This document shows, piece by piece, positions 25,541 to 35,281 of a stretch of DNA of 52,156 nucleotides (the first letter of the stretch is position 1; every line of letters starts with the position of its first letter). The stretch comes from Bacteroidales bacterium. Lineage in GTDB: Bacteria; Bacteroidota; Bacteroidia; Bacteroidales; NBLH01. The stretch is from NCBI GenBank assembly GCA_021647685.1, contig JAKIUH010000001.1, positions 1 through 52,156 of the forward strand, in the 5' to 3' direction. The position numbers and the translations under genes were made by a program. The notes beneath the pieces are model-generated. The model was given only the letters and a program-made list of their open reading frames with translations, did not search any database and was not told where the DNA came from.

Positions 25541-28477
25541 ATGCAGAGTATTTCAAAATCAATAATTTATATACTATTTATAAGTTTTATTTTTGCATTA
25601 TTTTATTCTTGTGCACAAGTAGGTAATATTTCGGGCGGCGATAAAGATACTGTTCCGCCTGTTTTATTATACAGTGAGCCTCCAATGGCTGATACCGGCT
25701 TTACCGGAAACCGTATAAAAATTACTTTTAATGAATATTTTGTAATTGAAGATATAAATCAAGAATTCATTAGCTCTCCTCCTTTAAAAGAATTTCCAAA
25801 AATTCATTGGAAAAAGCATTCATTAATTGTAGATATTAAAGATACACTCAAAAAACCCGAAACTTATACACTTTATTTTGGTAATGCCATTAAAGATTTG
25901 AATGAAAAAAATGTTCTGGAAAATTTTAAATTTATATTTTCAACCGGAAGCGTAGTGGACTCTTTTGCAATTTCCGGTCGTTTAAAAAATGCCGAAAATC
26001 TTAAAGTGCCGGAAAATACACTCGTTTTTGCTTATCGGGAAACCGGAGATTCGGTACCCTTTTTATACAGACCTGATTATTTAAGTAAAATAGATACATC
26101 GGGTAATTTTTCCATATCCAATATACAAGGTGGTGCTTATAAAATATTTGCTTTTCAGGATTTGAACGGCGACTTAATGCTTAACCCTACCGAAGCGCGT
26201 GCTTTTCTTGATTCAGTTATTATACCTCAAAGGGAAATAATTGTAAACGTTGACTCGCTAAAAGCCGGTACTATTTTACATGATATTAACGATACTACTT
26301 ATGCCGACACTTTACAAAGAGATATGGTGATTATTAGCGAACAGCATTTTACTTATCCGAATAATATTTATTTGTACTTATTTCCTGAAATAAAACACAA
26401 ACAAAGAATATCGGGTTATGTACGCGAAAAGCGTGGAAAAGTAAACTTTACATTTGATATACCCTTAAGCAATAAATATCAAATGAAACCTTTAAACTTT
26501 AATTTGACCAAAGAAAACTATTTGTTGGAATTTAATCCTGAAAAAGATAGTATAATTTACTGGTTTAGCGATACATTGGTACAAAATATTGATACTTTAA
26601 AGTTTGAAATTACTTTTGCCACGATTGACTCGCTGGATATGCCCATTGTACAAACCGATACTGTTTTGGTTGAATTTAGAGAAAAAAAGGATAAAGATGC
26701 ATGGAAAAAAGAAAAAAACAAAGATAGCTCATCAATAAAACCTATTGAGTATCTAAATTTTACATTTGATTTAGAGAAAAATAAATTAGATTTAAAACAA
26801 AATTTACAATTTGAAGTTTCAGAACCACTATTAAATATCGACACAGCCAAAATACATCTTTTTGAAATTATTGATACCAATACCATTGATACCAAGGAAC
26901 AAAAAATTCTTCGTGCAATACGAGTTTCTGAAAAAGATATTTTTATCCAATTTCGCCGGCCTATTGTCAATGAATTACAATTTACATTATTCGGCAACCG
27001 GCAAAAGAAAGACTGGTACATAAAAGTTAATCAGGCAGATAGTACTTCGTACTATTTTACCATTACCGATGATGAAATCATGAAAACCGATACCTTAAGA
27101 TTATTGGTTGATTTTGATAATGATTTTTTCCTTAATCAAATTGAAGAACTGCAAGATACAATAAAATTGGCGCTTACAGCACAAAAATTAAAATCAAAAA
27201 GTAGAGGAAAAGATAATTTTATGGAATTAAGCTTTAAAAAGCCCATGCAAAATAAACTTGATGTACAGCTCTTAAATTATCCTGAAAAAACAAAGAGTTT
27301 ACGCTTACAACAAAATTTATTGAAAGACAGTTTGAGAATATATATTCGCGATAAAGAATTAGTGATGCAGGATACATTAAAATTATCTTTAAAAAGCTTA
27401 GACTATATTAATATTAAGGGCGACAGTATTTTTTATACCGACACAGTTACTATGGTATATCATGAAAAACAACAATATTTATCATCCTGCCAACGTAGTG
27501 AAGCCGATAAGATAAATCTTGTTTTTAATAAAAGCCTGTCCGGTAAATTAGATATACAAATAGCTGATACAAATGCAATTAACCGGAGCAAACTAAAATA
27601 TAATGCAACAAAAGATTCTGTTGAAATTAGCATTACAGATAAAAACATCAGTAAAAAAGATACATTAAAACTTATTATTAACTATACCGATAAAAACAGG
27701 CACGGTAATGTTTCAGAATTTTCAGACAGCATATTAATTACCAATAATAAACCCATTGAGTTAAAAAAGAAAGAAATTTATAAACAAATAAAAGAAGAAA
27801 TAAAACCCCAAACGGTTCATATTTATTATCCTCTTGAATATAAATTAAATAGAGACAGCAGTTTATTGCGCAAATACAGTATTTCAACAAAATGGAAAGA
27901 AGACACAAAATACCGGATAAAAATAGATTCAATGGCTTTTACAGGATTTTTAAATCATTACAATCAGTTTTTTCAACAAGATTTTTCTACGCAAAAAGAA
28001 GATTATTATGCTTTGCTGAATGTGAATATCAAAAATATTTATCCTGATTTTTCAAAAACTATTATTGATACTCTTGCGGCTGATAGCACAGCTATTGATA
28101 CAATTATCAAAACAAAACCCGTTATTTATTCTAACTTCTTAAAACAAAGAGTAGCAAATGTAATTGATAACGGACAAGTAATTATTCAATTAGTGAAGAT
28201 TGATAAAGAAGAAAATGAAGAAGTTTTTAAAGAATATCACCTAAAAGATGATAAAAGCATGAAAATTGACTATATTATACCGGGAACTTATCGCTTAAAA
28301 GTAATTTTTGATAAAAACAGTAATGGAAAATGGGATACAGGAAATTACCTAAAACATATTCATCCTGAAAAAGTACTTTATTTTCCGAAAAAATTTGAGA
28401 TGAAAGAAGCTTGGGAAATGAATCTTGATTGGGATATTGGTAAAACATTAATAAAATCCTTAGAAAAAGGAGATTAA
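25541..28477 (+). CDS. Large lipoprotein with N-terminal Ig-like (SbsA/Big_5-type) domain
   Basis: I place the start at ATG 25541 (the tracked TTG 25505 is less likely). Lipobox LFYSCAQ is followed by GGDKDTVPP, typical of this Bacteroidota lipoprotein family. The rest is unassigned. Confidence 0.55.
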   Translation: MQSISKSIIYILFISFIFALFYSCAQVGNISGGDKDTVPPVLLYSEPPMADTGFTGNRIKITFNEYFVIEDINQEFISSPPLKEFPKIHWKKHSLIVDIKDTLKKPETYTLYFGNAIKDLNEKNVLENFKFIFSTGSVVDSFAISGRLKNAENLKVPENTLVFAYRETGDSVPFLYRPDYLSKIDTSGNFSISNIQGGAYKIFAFQDLNGDLMLNPTEARAFLDSVIIPQREIIVNVDSLKAGTILHDINDTTYADTLQRDMVIISEQHFTYPNNIYLYLFPEIKHKQRISGYVREKRGKVNFTFDIPLSNKYQMKPLNFNLTKENYLLEFNPEKDSIIYWFSDTLVQNIDTLKFEITFATIDSLDMPIVQTDTVLVEFREKKDKDAWKKEKNKDSSSIKPIEYLNFTFDLEKNKLDLKQNLQFEVSEPLLNIDTAKIHLFEIIDTNTIDTKEQKILRAIRVSEKDIFIQFRRPIVNELQFTLFGNRQKKDWYIKVNQADSTSYYFTITDDEIMKTDTLRLLVDFDNDFFLNQIEELQDTIKLALTAQKLKSKSRGKDNFMELSFKKPMQNKLDVQLLNYPEKTKSLRLQQNLLKDSLRIYIRDKELVMQDTLKLSLKSLDYINIKGDSIFYTDTVTMVYHEKQQYLSSCQRSEADKINLVFNKSLSGKLDIQIADTNAINRSKLKYNATKDSVEISITDKNISKKDTLKLIINYTDKNRHGNVSEFSDSILITNNKPIELKKKEIYKQIKEEIKPQTVHIYYPLEYKLNRDSSLLRKYSISTKWKEDTKYRIKIDSMAFTGFLNHYNQFFQQDFSTQKEDYYALLNVNIKNIYPDFSKTIIDTLAADSTAIDTIIKTKPVIYSNFLKQRVANVIDNGQVIIQLVKIDKEENEEVFKEYHLKDDKSMKIDYIIPGTYRLKVIFDKNSNGKWDTGNYLKHIHPEKVLYFPKKFEMKEAWEMNLDWDIGKTLIKSLEKGD

Positions 28478-28510
28478 AGAAGAATAAAATATTTCTAAAA
28501 TCATAAAGCC

Positions 28511-28822
28511 ATGTCAGTACTTTTAGAGTTTGCAATGTTTCCTACCGATAAAGGAACCAGTGTCAGCAAAGATGTAAGCAAAATAATAGCCATGATTCGC
28601 GAAAGCGGAATCCCATACAAACTTACACCTATGGGAACAATTATTGAAACGGAAGAAATGCCGGAAGCACTTGATATAATTCAAAAATCATACGATTTAT
28701 TAAAAGATGATTCAAAAAGGATTTACGCTACATTAACTTTTGATATACAAAAAGGAAAAAATAAGCGTTTAATTTCCAAAGTACAATCAATTGAAGACAA
28801 AATTGGAAAAGTGGAAAAATAA
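28511..28822 (+). CDS. MTH1187/YkoF-family (DUF77) thiamine-binding-like protein
   Basis: 103 aa. The pattern ..EFAMFPTDKGTSVSKDVSKIIAMIRESGIPYKLTPMGTIIE.. matches the family. Confidence 0.7.
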   Translation: MSVLLEFAMFPTDKGTSVSKDVSKIIAMIRESGIPYKLTPMGTIIETEEMPEALDIIQKSYDLLKDDSKRIYATLTFDIQKGKNKRLISKVQSIEDKIGKVEK

Positions 28823-29639
28823 TCTTTTTATTAAGCGATTACTCATTGTGCTGATAATATCAGGTATGTATTATCCTGCCGATGCACAGTGCAAACCGGT
28901 AATTCAAGCATTTCAAAACGGCGAAGAATTATATTATGATGTAGTATATAATTGGGGTTTTATATGGGTAAATGCAGGCAAAGTTAAGTTTAAAGTGCAA
29001 AAGGAAAATTTTAGAGGGCAAGTAGTTTATCATTTTACGGGAACCGGAAAATCACTTGAAAAATACGATTGGATGTATCGTGTCCGTGATTATTACCACT
29101 CTTGGGCAACGATAACTGATTTAAAGCCTTTAAAATATATCAGGAATACATCCGAAGGAAAACAAAAAACGTATAATGTATATGAGTTTGATTATCAAAA
29201 AAATAAAATATATACAGATACTTGGAACACTCAAAAAGCACAGAAATTTGATACGCTGAATTTACAAAATTGCTTGTTTGATATAATGACTGCCGTATAT
29301 TATGTGCGTACATTGGACTTATCGAAATATAAAATCAATGAAAAAATTCCCATATCAATGATTATTGATAATGAAATTTATAATCTTTACGGCAGATATT
29401 TGGGAAAAGAAACATTAGAAACACATGAGGGTAAAAAATACGAAACATTAAAATTTTCAATATTATTGGTTGAAGGTACTATATTTAAAGGCGGTGAAGA
29501 TTTATTGGTTTGGGTTACAGCAGATAAAAACAGAGTACCTATTTTAGTAGATGCAAAAATATTGGTGGGCACAGTAAAGGCAAGTTTTAAACATGCAGTT
29601 AATTTAAAATATCCATTAAAATTTAAAAAGATAGAATAG
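28791..29639 (+). CDS. DUF3108-like secreted protein (start codon uncertain)
   Basis: GEELYYDVVYNWGFIWVNAGKVKFKV.. resembles the DUF3108 N-terminus. The tracked start is TTG and overlaps the previous gene by 32 nt. An in-frame TTG at 28803 is an alternative. Confidence 0.55.
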   Translation: MKTKLEKWKNNLFIKRLLIVLIISGMYYPADAQCKPVIQAFQNGEELYYDVVYNWGFIWVNAGKVKFKVQKENFRGQVVYHFTGTGKSLEKYDWMYRVRDYYHSWATITDLKPLKYIRNTSEGKQKTYNVYEFDYQKNKIYTDTWNTQKAQKFDTLNLQNCLFDIMTAVYYVRTLDLSKYKINEKIPISMIIDNEIYNLYGRYLGKETLETHEGKKYETLKFSILLVEGTIFKGGEDLLVWVTADKNRVPILVDAKILVGTVKASFKHAVNLKYPLKFKKIE

Positions 29640-29641
29640 TG

Positions 29642-30964
29642 ATGAAGAAAATTGCAGTAGTTTTGTTTTTGTGGAATATTTATCTTTTAAGCAATGCACA
29701 AAGTTTTGTTTACAGTGCCAATATTTCAAACGATAGTCTGGAATGTTTACAAAATATTTCGGTATATCGTGAGTTTAAGAAAATGAAACTTACCGATAAC
29801 GCCATTGAAACATGGAAAAAAGTATATAATAACTGCCCGGGATATAAAAAAATTATTTATCAAGACGGCGCACGATTTCTAATACAAAGTATTAAAAATG
29901 AACAAAATACAAAAATAAAGGAGAAACTTGTTGACAGTTTAATGCTCTTATACGCAAAGCGAATTAAATATTTTGGCGAAAAAGATTATATCAATGGCAG
30001 AATGGGTTTAAACTTGTACATCTACAATAAAGAAAAAACAGAAGATGCCTACAAATTAATGTTAAACTCAGTTCAAAAACTTAATGATAAAAGCAATTTA
30101 AGTGTTATTAATGCCCTAATGACCGCAAGTGCCGATTTATTTAAAAGTTCAAAGATAACATTAGAACAGTTCATAGATAATTATTTACTATGTTATCAAA
30201 TCACTAATAAAAAACTACAAATACTAACAGCATCCCCAAAAAGCAAAAAAATCTTATATACTGCCCAATCAATAAAAAAGATATTTGCTGCAAACACAAA
30301 AAAACAATGCAAACAAATTCTTGAAATTTTACATAAGCGTTTAGCTGCAAAACCCAATGATATAGAGGTAATTAAAAATGTAAACATTGTTTTGCAAGCC
30401 GGAAATTGCATACAATCCGCTTTGTTTTATCAAACAGCTTTAAAAATAGATAAAATTAAACCCGATGCTGAAACAGCCTATCTTTTAGCAGGAATTGAAC
30501 TGGAAAAAAATCATTACGATAAAGCAGAAGCATATTTCCGAAAAGCCATCCGCTTTGAAAATATAAATTATTTAAAATCAAAATATTGTGTTGATTTAGC
30601 CATTATGCAATATACACGCCTGCATCGTTTTGACGCTGCACAAAAATCTTTTGAAGCATCCTTACGTTATACAAACAATCCTGCAAAAAATTATTATTTC
30701 ATGGCTGAAATGTATGCTGCCTATCATAATAATTTCAGTAAAAAAGATTTAGAATACAATGCTTTTTTATGGCTAAGTATTGATTATTATTTAAAAGCAA
30801 AAAATACGCATCAAAAAATAGCAAAAAAAGCCGGTGAAAAAATTGCCTATTACAGAACTTATTTACCTACCAAAGAAGATATTTTCTTTTTCGGTTTAAA
30901 ACCCGGACAAAAATATACTATTGGCGATTGGGTAAATAAAACCACTACGGTTAGGGTACGCTAG
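29642..30964 (+). CDS. Secreted helical-repeat (TPR-like) hypothetical protein
   Basis: Signal peptide MKKIAVVLFLWNIYLLSNAQ from ATG 29642. TPR-like segment: ..AYLLAGIELEKNHYDKAEAYFRKAIRF.. Confidence 0.5.
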   Translation: MKKIAVVLFLWNIYLLSNAQSFVYSANISNDSLECLQNISVYREFKKMKLTDNAIETWKKVYNNCPGYKKIIYQDGARFLIQSIKNEQNTKIKEKLVDSLMLLYAKRIKYFGEKDYINGRMGLNLYIYNKEKTEDAYKLMLNSVQKLNDKSNLSVINALMTASADLFKSSKITLEQFIDNYLLCYQITNKKLQILTASPKSKKILYTAQSIKKIFAANTKKQCKQILEILHKRLAAKPNDIEVIKNVNIVLQAGNCIQSALFYQTALKIDKIKPDAETAYLLAGIELEKNHYDKAEAYFRKAIRFENINYLKSKYCVDLAIMQYTRLHRFDAAQKSFEASLRYTNNPAKNYYFMAEMYAAYHNNFSKKDLEYNAFLWLSIDYYLKAKNTHQKIAKKAGEKIAYYRTYLPTKEDIFFFGLKPGQKYTIGDWVNKTTTVRVR

Positions 30965-31127
30965 TGTCATGTCAAGTGTGTTGTGTCGTATAATATATTG
31001 AAGTTATTTTTGTGTAGAACAAGGCAAAAATTTTCAGCATAGCAGTAATTATGGTTAAAGTTTTTAACAAAATTCTATGTAAAATGAACGAAACTTGATA
31101 CAACTAAAATATACTGACATGACTCTA
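30962..31127. repeat. Whole convergent intergenic region is an imperfect long palindrome with 13-nt terminal inverted repeats
   Basis: tagtgtcatgtca (30962-30974) against the reverse complement of 31115-31127, tagagtcatgtca (12/13). Both arms include the TAG stop of the flanking gene. Further imperfect pairing inside: gttgtgtc/gttgtatc, aagtt, attttt.tgtagaa/atttta.catagaa. Confidence 0.5.
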
Positions 31128-32477
31128 TATATTATTTAAGCTAATAACAAATTCCGTACGCTCACTATCCGATTTTTTTAGAATAATATCTCCGTTCATT
31201 TGTAAAAGTATTTGCTTGCAAAGGCTTAAACCAATGCCCGAACCGCTTTCTTTGGTACTGTAAAAAGGCACAAATATCTGATTTTTTATCTCCTGAGGAA
31301 TAACAGCTCCATTGTTTGAAATTTCTATTTCAAGTGCAGTAGTTGTTTTTCTTAATTTAATCTCTATAATCGGGGTATTTTCATGTACAACTGCTTCATA
31401 AGCATTTTTGAGTACATTGATTATCACTTGTGAAATAAGCTTTTCGTCAGTATAAAATTGAATACCCAAAGGGATATGTTTTATAATCTGTATTTTATCT
31501 GATTCGGGATAGGTTTCAATGGCAATTACGCAATTGTTAATAATTTCTGAAATATCAGTATTTTGTAATTTAGGTTCTGGTAATTTGGTAAATTTACGGT
31601 AGTTTTGAACAAAGTTCATCAATGCAATACTTCGCTCCTCAATAACTTTTAATCCTTTGATGGTTTTAAAAATGGTATTTTCATCAAGCTTATCCGTATC
31701 AATAATTTGCTTATTTTTTATATAGTAGCCTGATATTACTTGCGATAAAGTAGTTATTGGAGTAATATTGTTCATTATCTCATGCGAAAGGGTGCGTGCC
31801 AATTTAATCCATGCATCCACCTCGCGACTGTCCAACTCTTTGGTAATATCGTTTACAGCCACCAGTATGTATAGGTTATTTTCTATATTAATTTCCGATA
31901 AACTGAAATTTAGTTTTTGTCCAAATCTGTTTTCAAATATTGCCGATTGCTGTTTACCTATTTTATAATTTAAAATAAAACCAGGCAGTGTTTTATCAAT
32001 ACTTGAAAGCGAATTGATATGAAAATACTCTTGCAGGTTTGTTAGTTTTGAGCCTGCAGGATTGATGTTTTCAATACGTCCGTTTTTGTTTACCGAAAAA
32101 AGTCCTGTTACCGATTTGTTAATTATGGAGCGATAGTAATACTCTTTGGTACTAATCTCAAATTTAGTTTTTTGTAACAATTTATTTAATTTTTCAACTC
32201 CTAGATAAAGCCTGTCTACATTTTTATTGCCTGATTTTTCAGGTATTTTCAAACTAGTATCTTCATTTTCTATTCCACTGATAAAAAAACTCATCCAACG
32301 ATTAATTCTGTTAAAATAATTGATAATATTGATAGCCGATAACACAATGGCAACCAATACTACCCAAAGAAAAGTTGATGATTTATCGGTGATATAAACA
32401 TAAGTTCCCCCGACACTTAATATAGAAAAAATAAGCAAACGAATGATTATTGAAAGATAAAAATGTTTATAAACCAT
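31125..32477 (-). CDS. Sensor histidine kinase (two closely spaced TM helices, PAS-like, HisKA, HATPase_c)
   Basis: H-box LARTLSHEIMNNITP and G-boxes ..STKESGSGIGLSLCKQI... TM1 spans about aa 7-29 and TM2 about aa 36-55, with only a ~6-residue outside loop (TDKSST). Confidence 0.85.
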   Translation of the reverse strand: MVYKHFYLSIIIRLLIFSILSVGGTYVYITDKSSTFLWVVLVAIVLSAINIINYFNRINRWMSFFISGIENEDTSLKIPEKSGNKNVDRLYLGVEKLNKLLQKTKFEISTKEYYYRSIINKSVTGLFSVNKNGRIENINPAGSKLTNLQEYFHINSLSSIDKTLPGFILNYKIGKQQSAIFENRFGQKLNFSLSEINIENNLYILVAVNDITKELDSREVDAWIKLARTLSHEIMNNITPITTLSQVISGYYIKNKQIIDTDKLDENTIFKTIKGLKVIEERSIALMNFVQNYRKFTKLPEPKLQNTDISEIINNCVIAIETYPESDKIQIIKHIPLGIQFYTDEKLISQVIINVLKNAYEAVVHENTPIIEIKLRKTTTALEIEISNNGAVIPQEIKNQIFVPFYSTKESGSGIGLSLCKQILLQMNGDIILKKSDSERTEFVISLNNI

Positions 32478-33828
32478 ATTTTTTCAATTTATTGTATAAT
32501 GTTTGCCTTGTGATACCCAAATTTTTGGCAACAGCACTCATATTCCCTTTTTCTTTATCAATATTTACCAAAATCATATTTTTTTCCATTTCTTCAAGGG
32601 TGAGATTATCCAAATTGTTTTGTTTTACGGCAATTTGCTGATTTAATGAAAAACTATTTTCATCAAGTATATGATTTTCAGCAAGAATCACTGCTTTTTC
32701 AATACAATGTTGCAGCTCTCTGACATTTCCTGGCCATTGATAATTCAATAACTTATGCTTTGCTTTATTAGAAATTTTCAAAGCTTTTTTTTGGTATTTT
32801 TCAACATATTGATGTAAATAATATTCAGCAAGTAAAATTATATCGTTATCCCGTTCTCTCAGAGGTGGTATTTCGATACTTATAGTATTGATACGATAAA
32901 ACAGGTCTTCACGAAAACTCCCCTCTTCAATCATCTTGGAGATATCTCTATTGGTGGCAGATACAAGCCGGATATCAACAGGTATCTGTTTATTACCGCC
33001 CAAAGGCGTGATACAGCGATTTTGCAGTGCCGACAAAATTTTTGCCTGTAAAGACAAAGATAAATTTGCTATTTCATCAAGAAAAAGTGTTCCTTTATCA
33101 GCTAATTCAAACTTTCCGGTTCGGTCTTCCTTGGCATCGGTAAAAGCACCTTTTACATGACCAAACAGCTCGCTTTCAAACAGTGTTTCACTAAGTGAGC
33201 CCATGTCCACATTTAAAAATATCTCGTTTTTCCGTTTTGAATACCGGTGAATTTCTTGTGCAATAAGTTGTTTCCCCGTTCCGTTTTCGCCGGTTATTAA
33301 AATATTGGCATCGGTTTGAGCAACTTTCTGCACAATTTTCATTAAGGTAGTTATTGCTTTTGATTTCCCGATAATTTTATATTCAGGAACGATAATGTTT
33401 TGTAAAGTATTTGTTTTTTCTCGTAGTTTTAAATTCTCAGCTTTACTTTTCCGCAATTTTGCGGCAGCACTTACCGTGCTTAACAGTTTATTGTTGTCCC
33501 AAGGTTTCAGAATAAAATCAAATGCTCCATCTCTTACGGCTTTTACCGCCAATTCAATATCACCAAAAGCTGTAATCATTATTACACTAATAGTATCATC
33601 AAGTTTTTTAATTTCGTTAAGCCAAAAAATACCCTCGTTACCGGTATTAAGTCCCGCTTTAAAATTCATATCTAACAAAACAATATCAATTTGGTGCTGG
33701 CGAATGCTTGAAATTAAATTATTGGAATTTGACAAAACAAAAACTTCTCTATACTTGGTTTGCAAAAGCATTTCAAGAGCCGTCAAAACACTTTTATTAT
33801 CATCAACAATAAGTATTTTACTTTCCAT
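32467..33828 (-). CDS. Sigma-54-dependent response regulator (NtrC family: REC + AAA+ EBP + Fis-type HTH)
   Basis: REC domain with DIVLLDMNF, Walker A GENGTGKQ, GAFTDA loop, ESELFGH, and C-terminal HTH ..AVAKNLGITRQTLYNKLKKYGL. Overlaps the HK gene by 11 nt. Confidence 0.9.
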   Translation of the reverse strand: MESKILIVDDNKSVLTALEMLLQTKYREVFVLSNSNNLISSIRQHQIDIVLLDMNFKAGLNTGNEGIFWLNEIKKLDDTISVIMITAFGDIELAVKAVRDGAFDFILKPWDNNKLLSTVSAAAKLRKSKAENLKLREKTNTLQNIIVPEYKIIGKSKAITTLMKIVQKVAQTDANILITGENGTGKQLIAQEIHRYSKRKNEIFLNVDMGSLSETLFESELFGHVKGAFTDAKEDRTGKFELADKGTLFLDEIANLSLSLQAKILSALQNRCITPLGGNKQIPVDIRLVSATNRDISKMIEEGSFREDLFYRINTISIEIPPLRERDNDIILLAEYYLHQYVEKYQKKALKISNKAKHKLLNYQWPGNVRELQHCIEKAVILAENHILDENSFSLNQQIAVKQNNLDNLTLEEMEKNMILVNIDKEKGNMSAVAKNLGITRQTLYNKLKKYGL

Positions 33829-33967
33829 TAGGTAAATTTTATCCTTAAATCAAAAGTAAACAAACGTAAAATATTTTAACACCTGTTGTCAAATATTTTT
33901 ACACTTTTTTGATTAAATATCTATATTTCTACCTGTATAATACTCATAATCAAGCCAATGTAGTTTT

Positions 33968-33983
33968 CGGCATATAGATTGAC
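33968..33983 (+). promoter_or_regulatory. Weak candidate sigma-54 (-24/-12) promoter cGGCATatagaTTGAc
   Basis: The GG-to-TTG spacing equals the TGGCAC-N5-TTGC consensus, but the -12 element reads GA instead of GC. It lies 40 nt upstream of the HlyD ATG. A partial palindrome TGTCAAATATTTTTACA about 80 nt upstream (33888-33904) could be a UAS. Confidence 0.3.
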
Positions 33984-34021
33984 AATAGATATAAAAAAAT
34001 AAAGATTGATATTGATAAATT

Positions 34022-35272
34022 ATGGATATACCTATTGAAAAGAAAAAAGGAATAAGACCAAAGCATATTTATATTAGTATTGCGCTATTGTTATTTCTGT
34101 TCTTGATTTTTGAAGCTTTTTTTGCAACGAACAAGTCTACCTATCGTGTAGCTTTTCAAAAAATAAGTATTGATACTGTTCACGAAGGAATATTTCACGA
34201 TTATATCAGTGTAACCGGAAACCTTGAACCCATAGCAACCATTTATCTTGATGCACTTGAAGGAGGAAGAGTTGAGGAAAAATTAATCGAAGAAGGTTCA
34301 ATAGTAAAAAAAGGCGATATTATTTTAAAATTAAGCAATCCCGATTTAGATTTAAGCATCTTAAACAGTGAAGCACAACTTGCCGAAAAAAGCAACTTTT
34401 TGCGTAATACGATGGTAGTAATGGAGCAAGAAAAATTACGTATTAAAAGAGAGCTTTTAAATTTGGAGTTTGATATAAAACGTAAAAAACGCAAATACGA
34501 ACAAAATAAGGTTTTGTATCAATCAGCACTTATATCAAAAGAAGATTTTTTGGTCTCAGAAGAAGACTATCAGTTTGCTCAACAAAGCTATAAGCTCTAT
34601 TTAGAACGTCAAAAGCAAGATTCAATTTACAGGTCTATTCAAGTCAAACAGATGAAAATGAGTTTGCATAATATGGATTTAAACCTGCAATTGGTTCGTA
34701 AAAGAAAAGAAAACCTGAATGTTAAAGCGCCTGTTAACGGTCAGTTAAGCAGTCTTGATGTGGAGTTGGGACAATCTGTTCCTAAAGGTAACCGGATTGG
34801 TAAAATAGATGTGCTTACATCGTTTAAAGTTGTAGCAAAAATTGACGAACATTATATTGATAAAGTAAGGCCCGGGCTAATTGCTCTGCTTAAACGCAAC
34901 GGGAAAGAGTATAAACTGAAAATACGCAAAGTATTGCCCGATGTTAAAAACGGACAGTTTACCGTTGAAATGATTTTTATCAGTGATAAACCTGAAAACA
35001 TGCGTACCGGACAAACTTATTACACACGATTACAATTGGGTAATCCCAAAACAGCTTTGCTTTTACCGCGGGGCAGCTTTTTTCAAAAAACCGGCGGACA
35101 ATGGATTTTTGTTTTATCGCTCGATGGCAAAACCGCCGAAAAGCGAAATATAAAAATAGGGAAACAAAACCCGAGATACTATGAAGTTGTAAGTGGTTTA
35201 AATGCCAGTGATGTAGTAGTAACATCCGGTTATGATAATTTTGGAGAAAACGAACAATTGGAATTCAAATAA
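34022..35272 (+). CDS. HlyD/MacA-type periplasmic adaptor with N-terminal TM anchor
   Basis: TM helix IYISIALLLFLFLIFEAFF, coiled-coil middle region, and ..VKAPVNGQLSSLDVELGQSV.. barrel-sandwich motif. Confidence 0.8.
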   Translation: MDIPIEKKKGIRPKHIYISIALLLFLFLIFEAFFATNKSTYRVAFQKISIDTVHEGIFHDYISVTGNLEPIATIYLDALEGGRVEEKLIEEGSIVKKGDIILKLSNPDLDLSILNSEAQLAEKSNFLRNTMVVMEQEKLRIKRELLNLEFDIKRKKRKYEQNKVLYQSALISKEDFLVSEEDYQFAQQSYKLYLERQKQDSIYRSIQVKQMKMSLHNMDLNLQLVRKRKENLNVKAPVNGQLSSLDVELGQSVPKGNRIGKIDVLTSFKVVAKIDEHYIDKVRPGLIALLKRNGKEYKLKIRKVLPDVKNGQFTVEMIFISDKPENMRTGQTYYTRLQLGNPKTALLLPRGSFFQKTGGQWIFVLSLDGKTAEKRNIKIGKQNPRYYEVVSGLNASDVVVTSGYDNFGENEQLEFK

Positions 35273-35281
35273 AAATGAATT

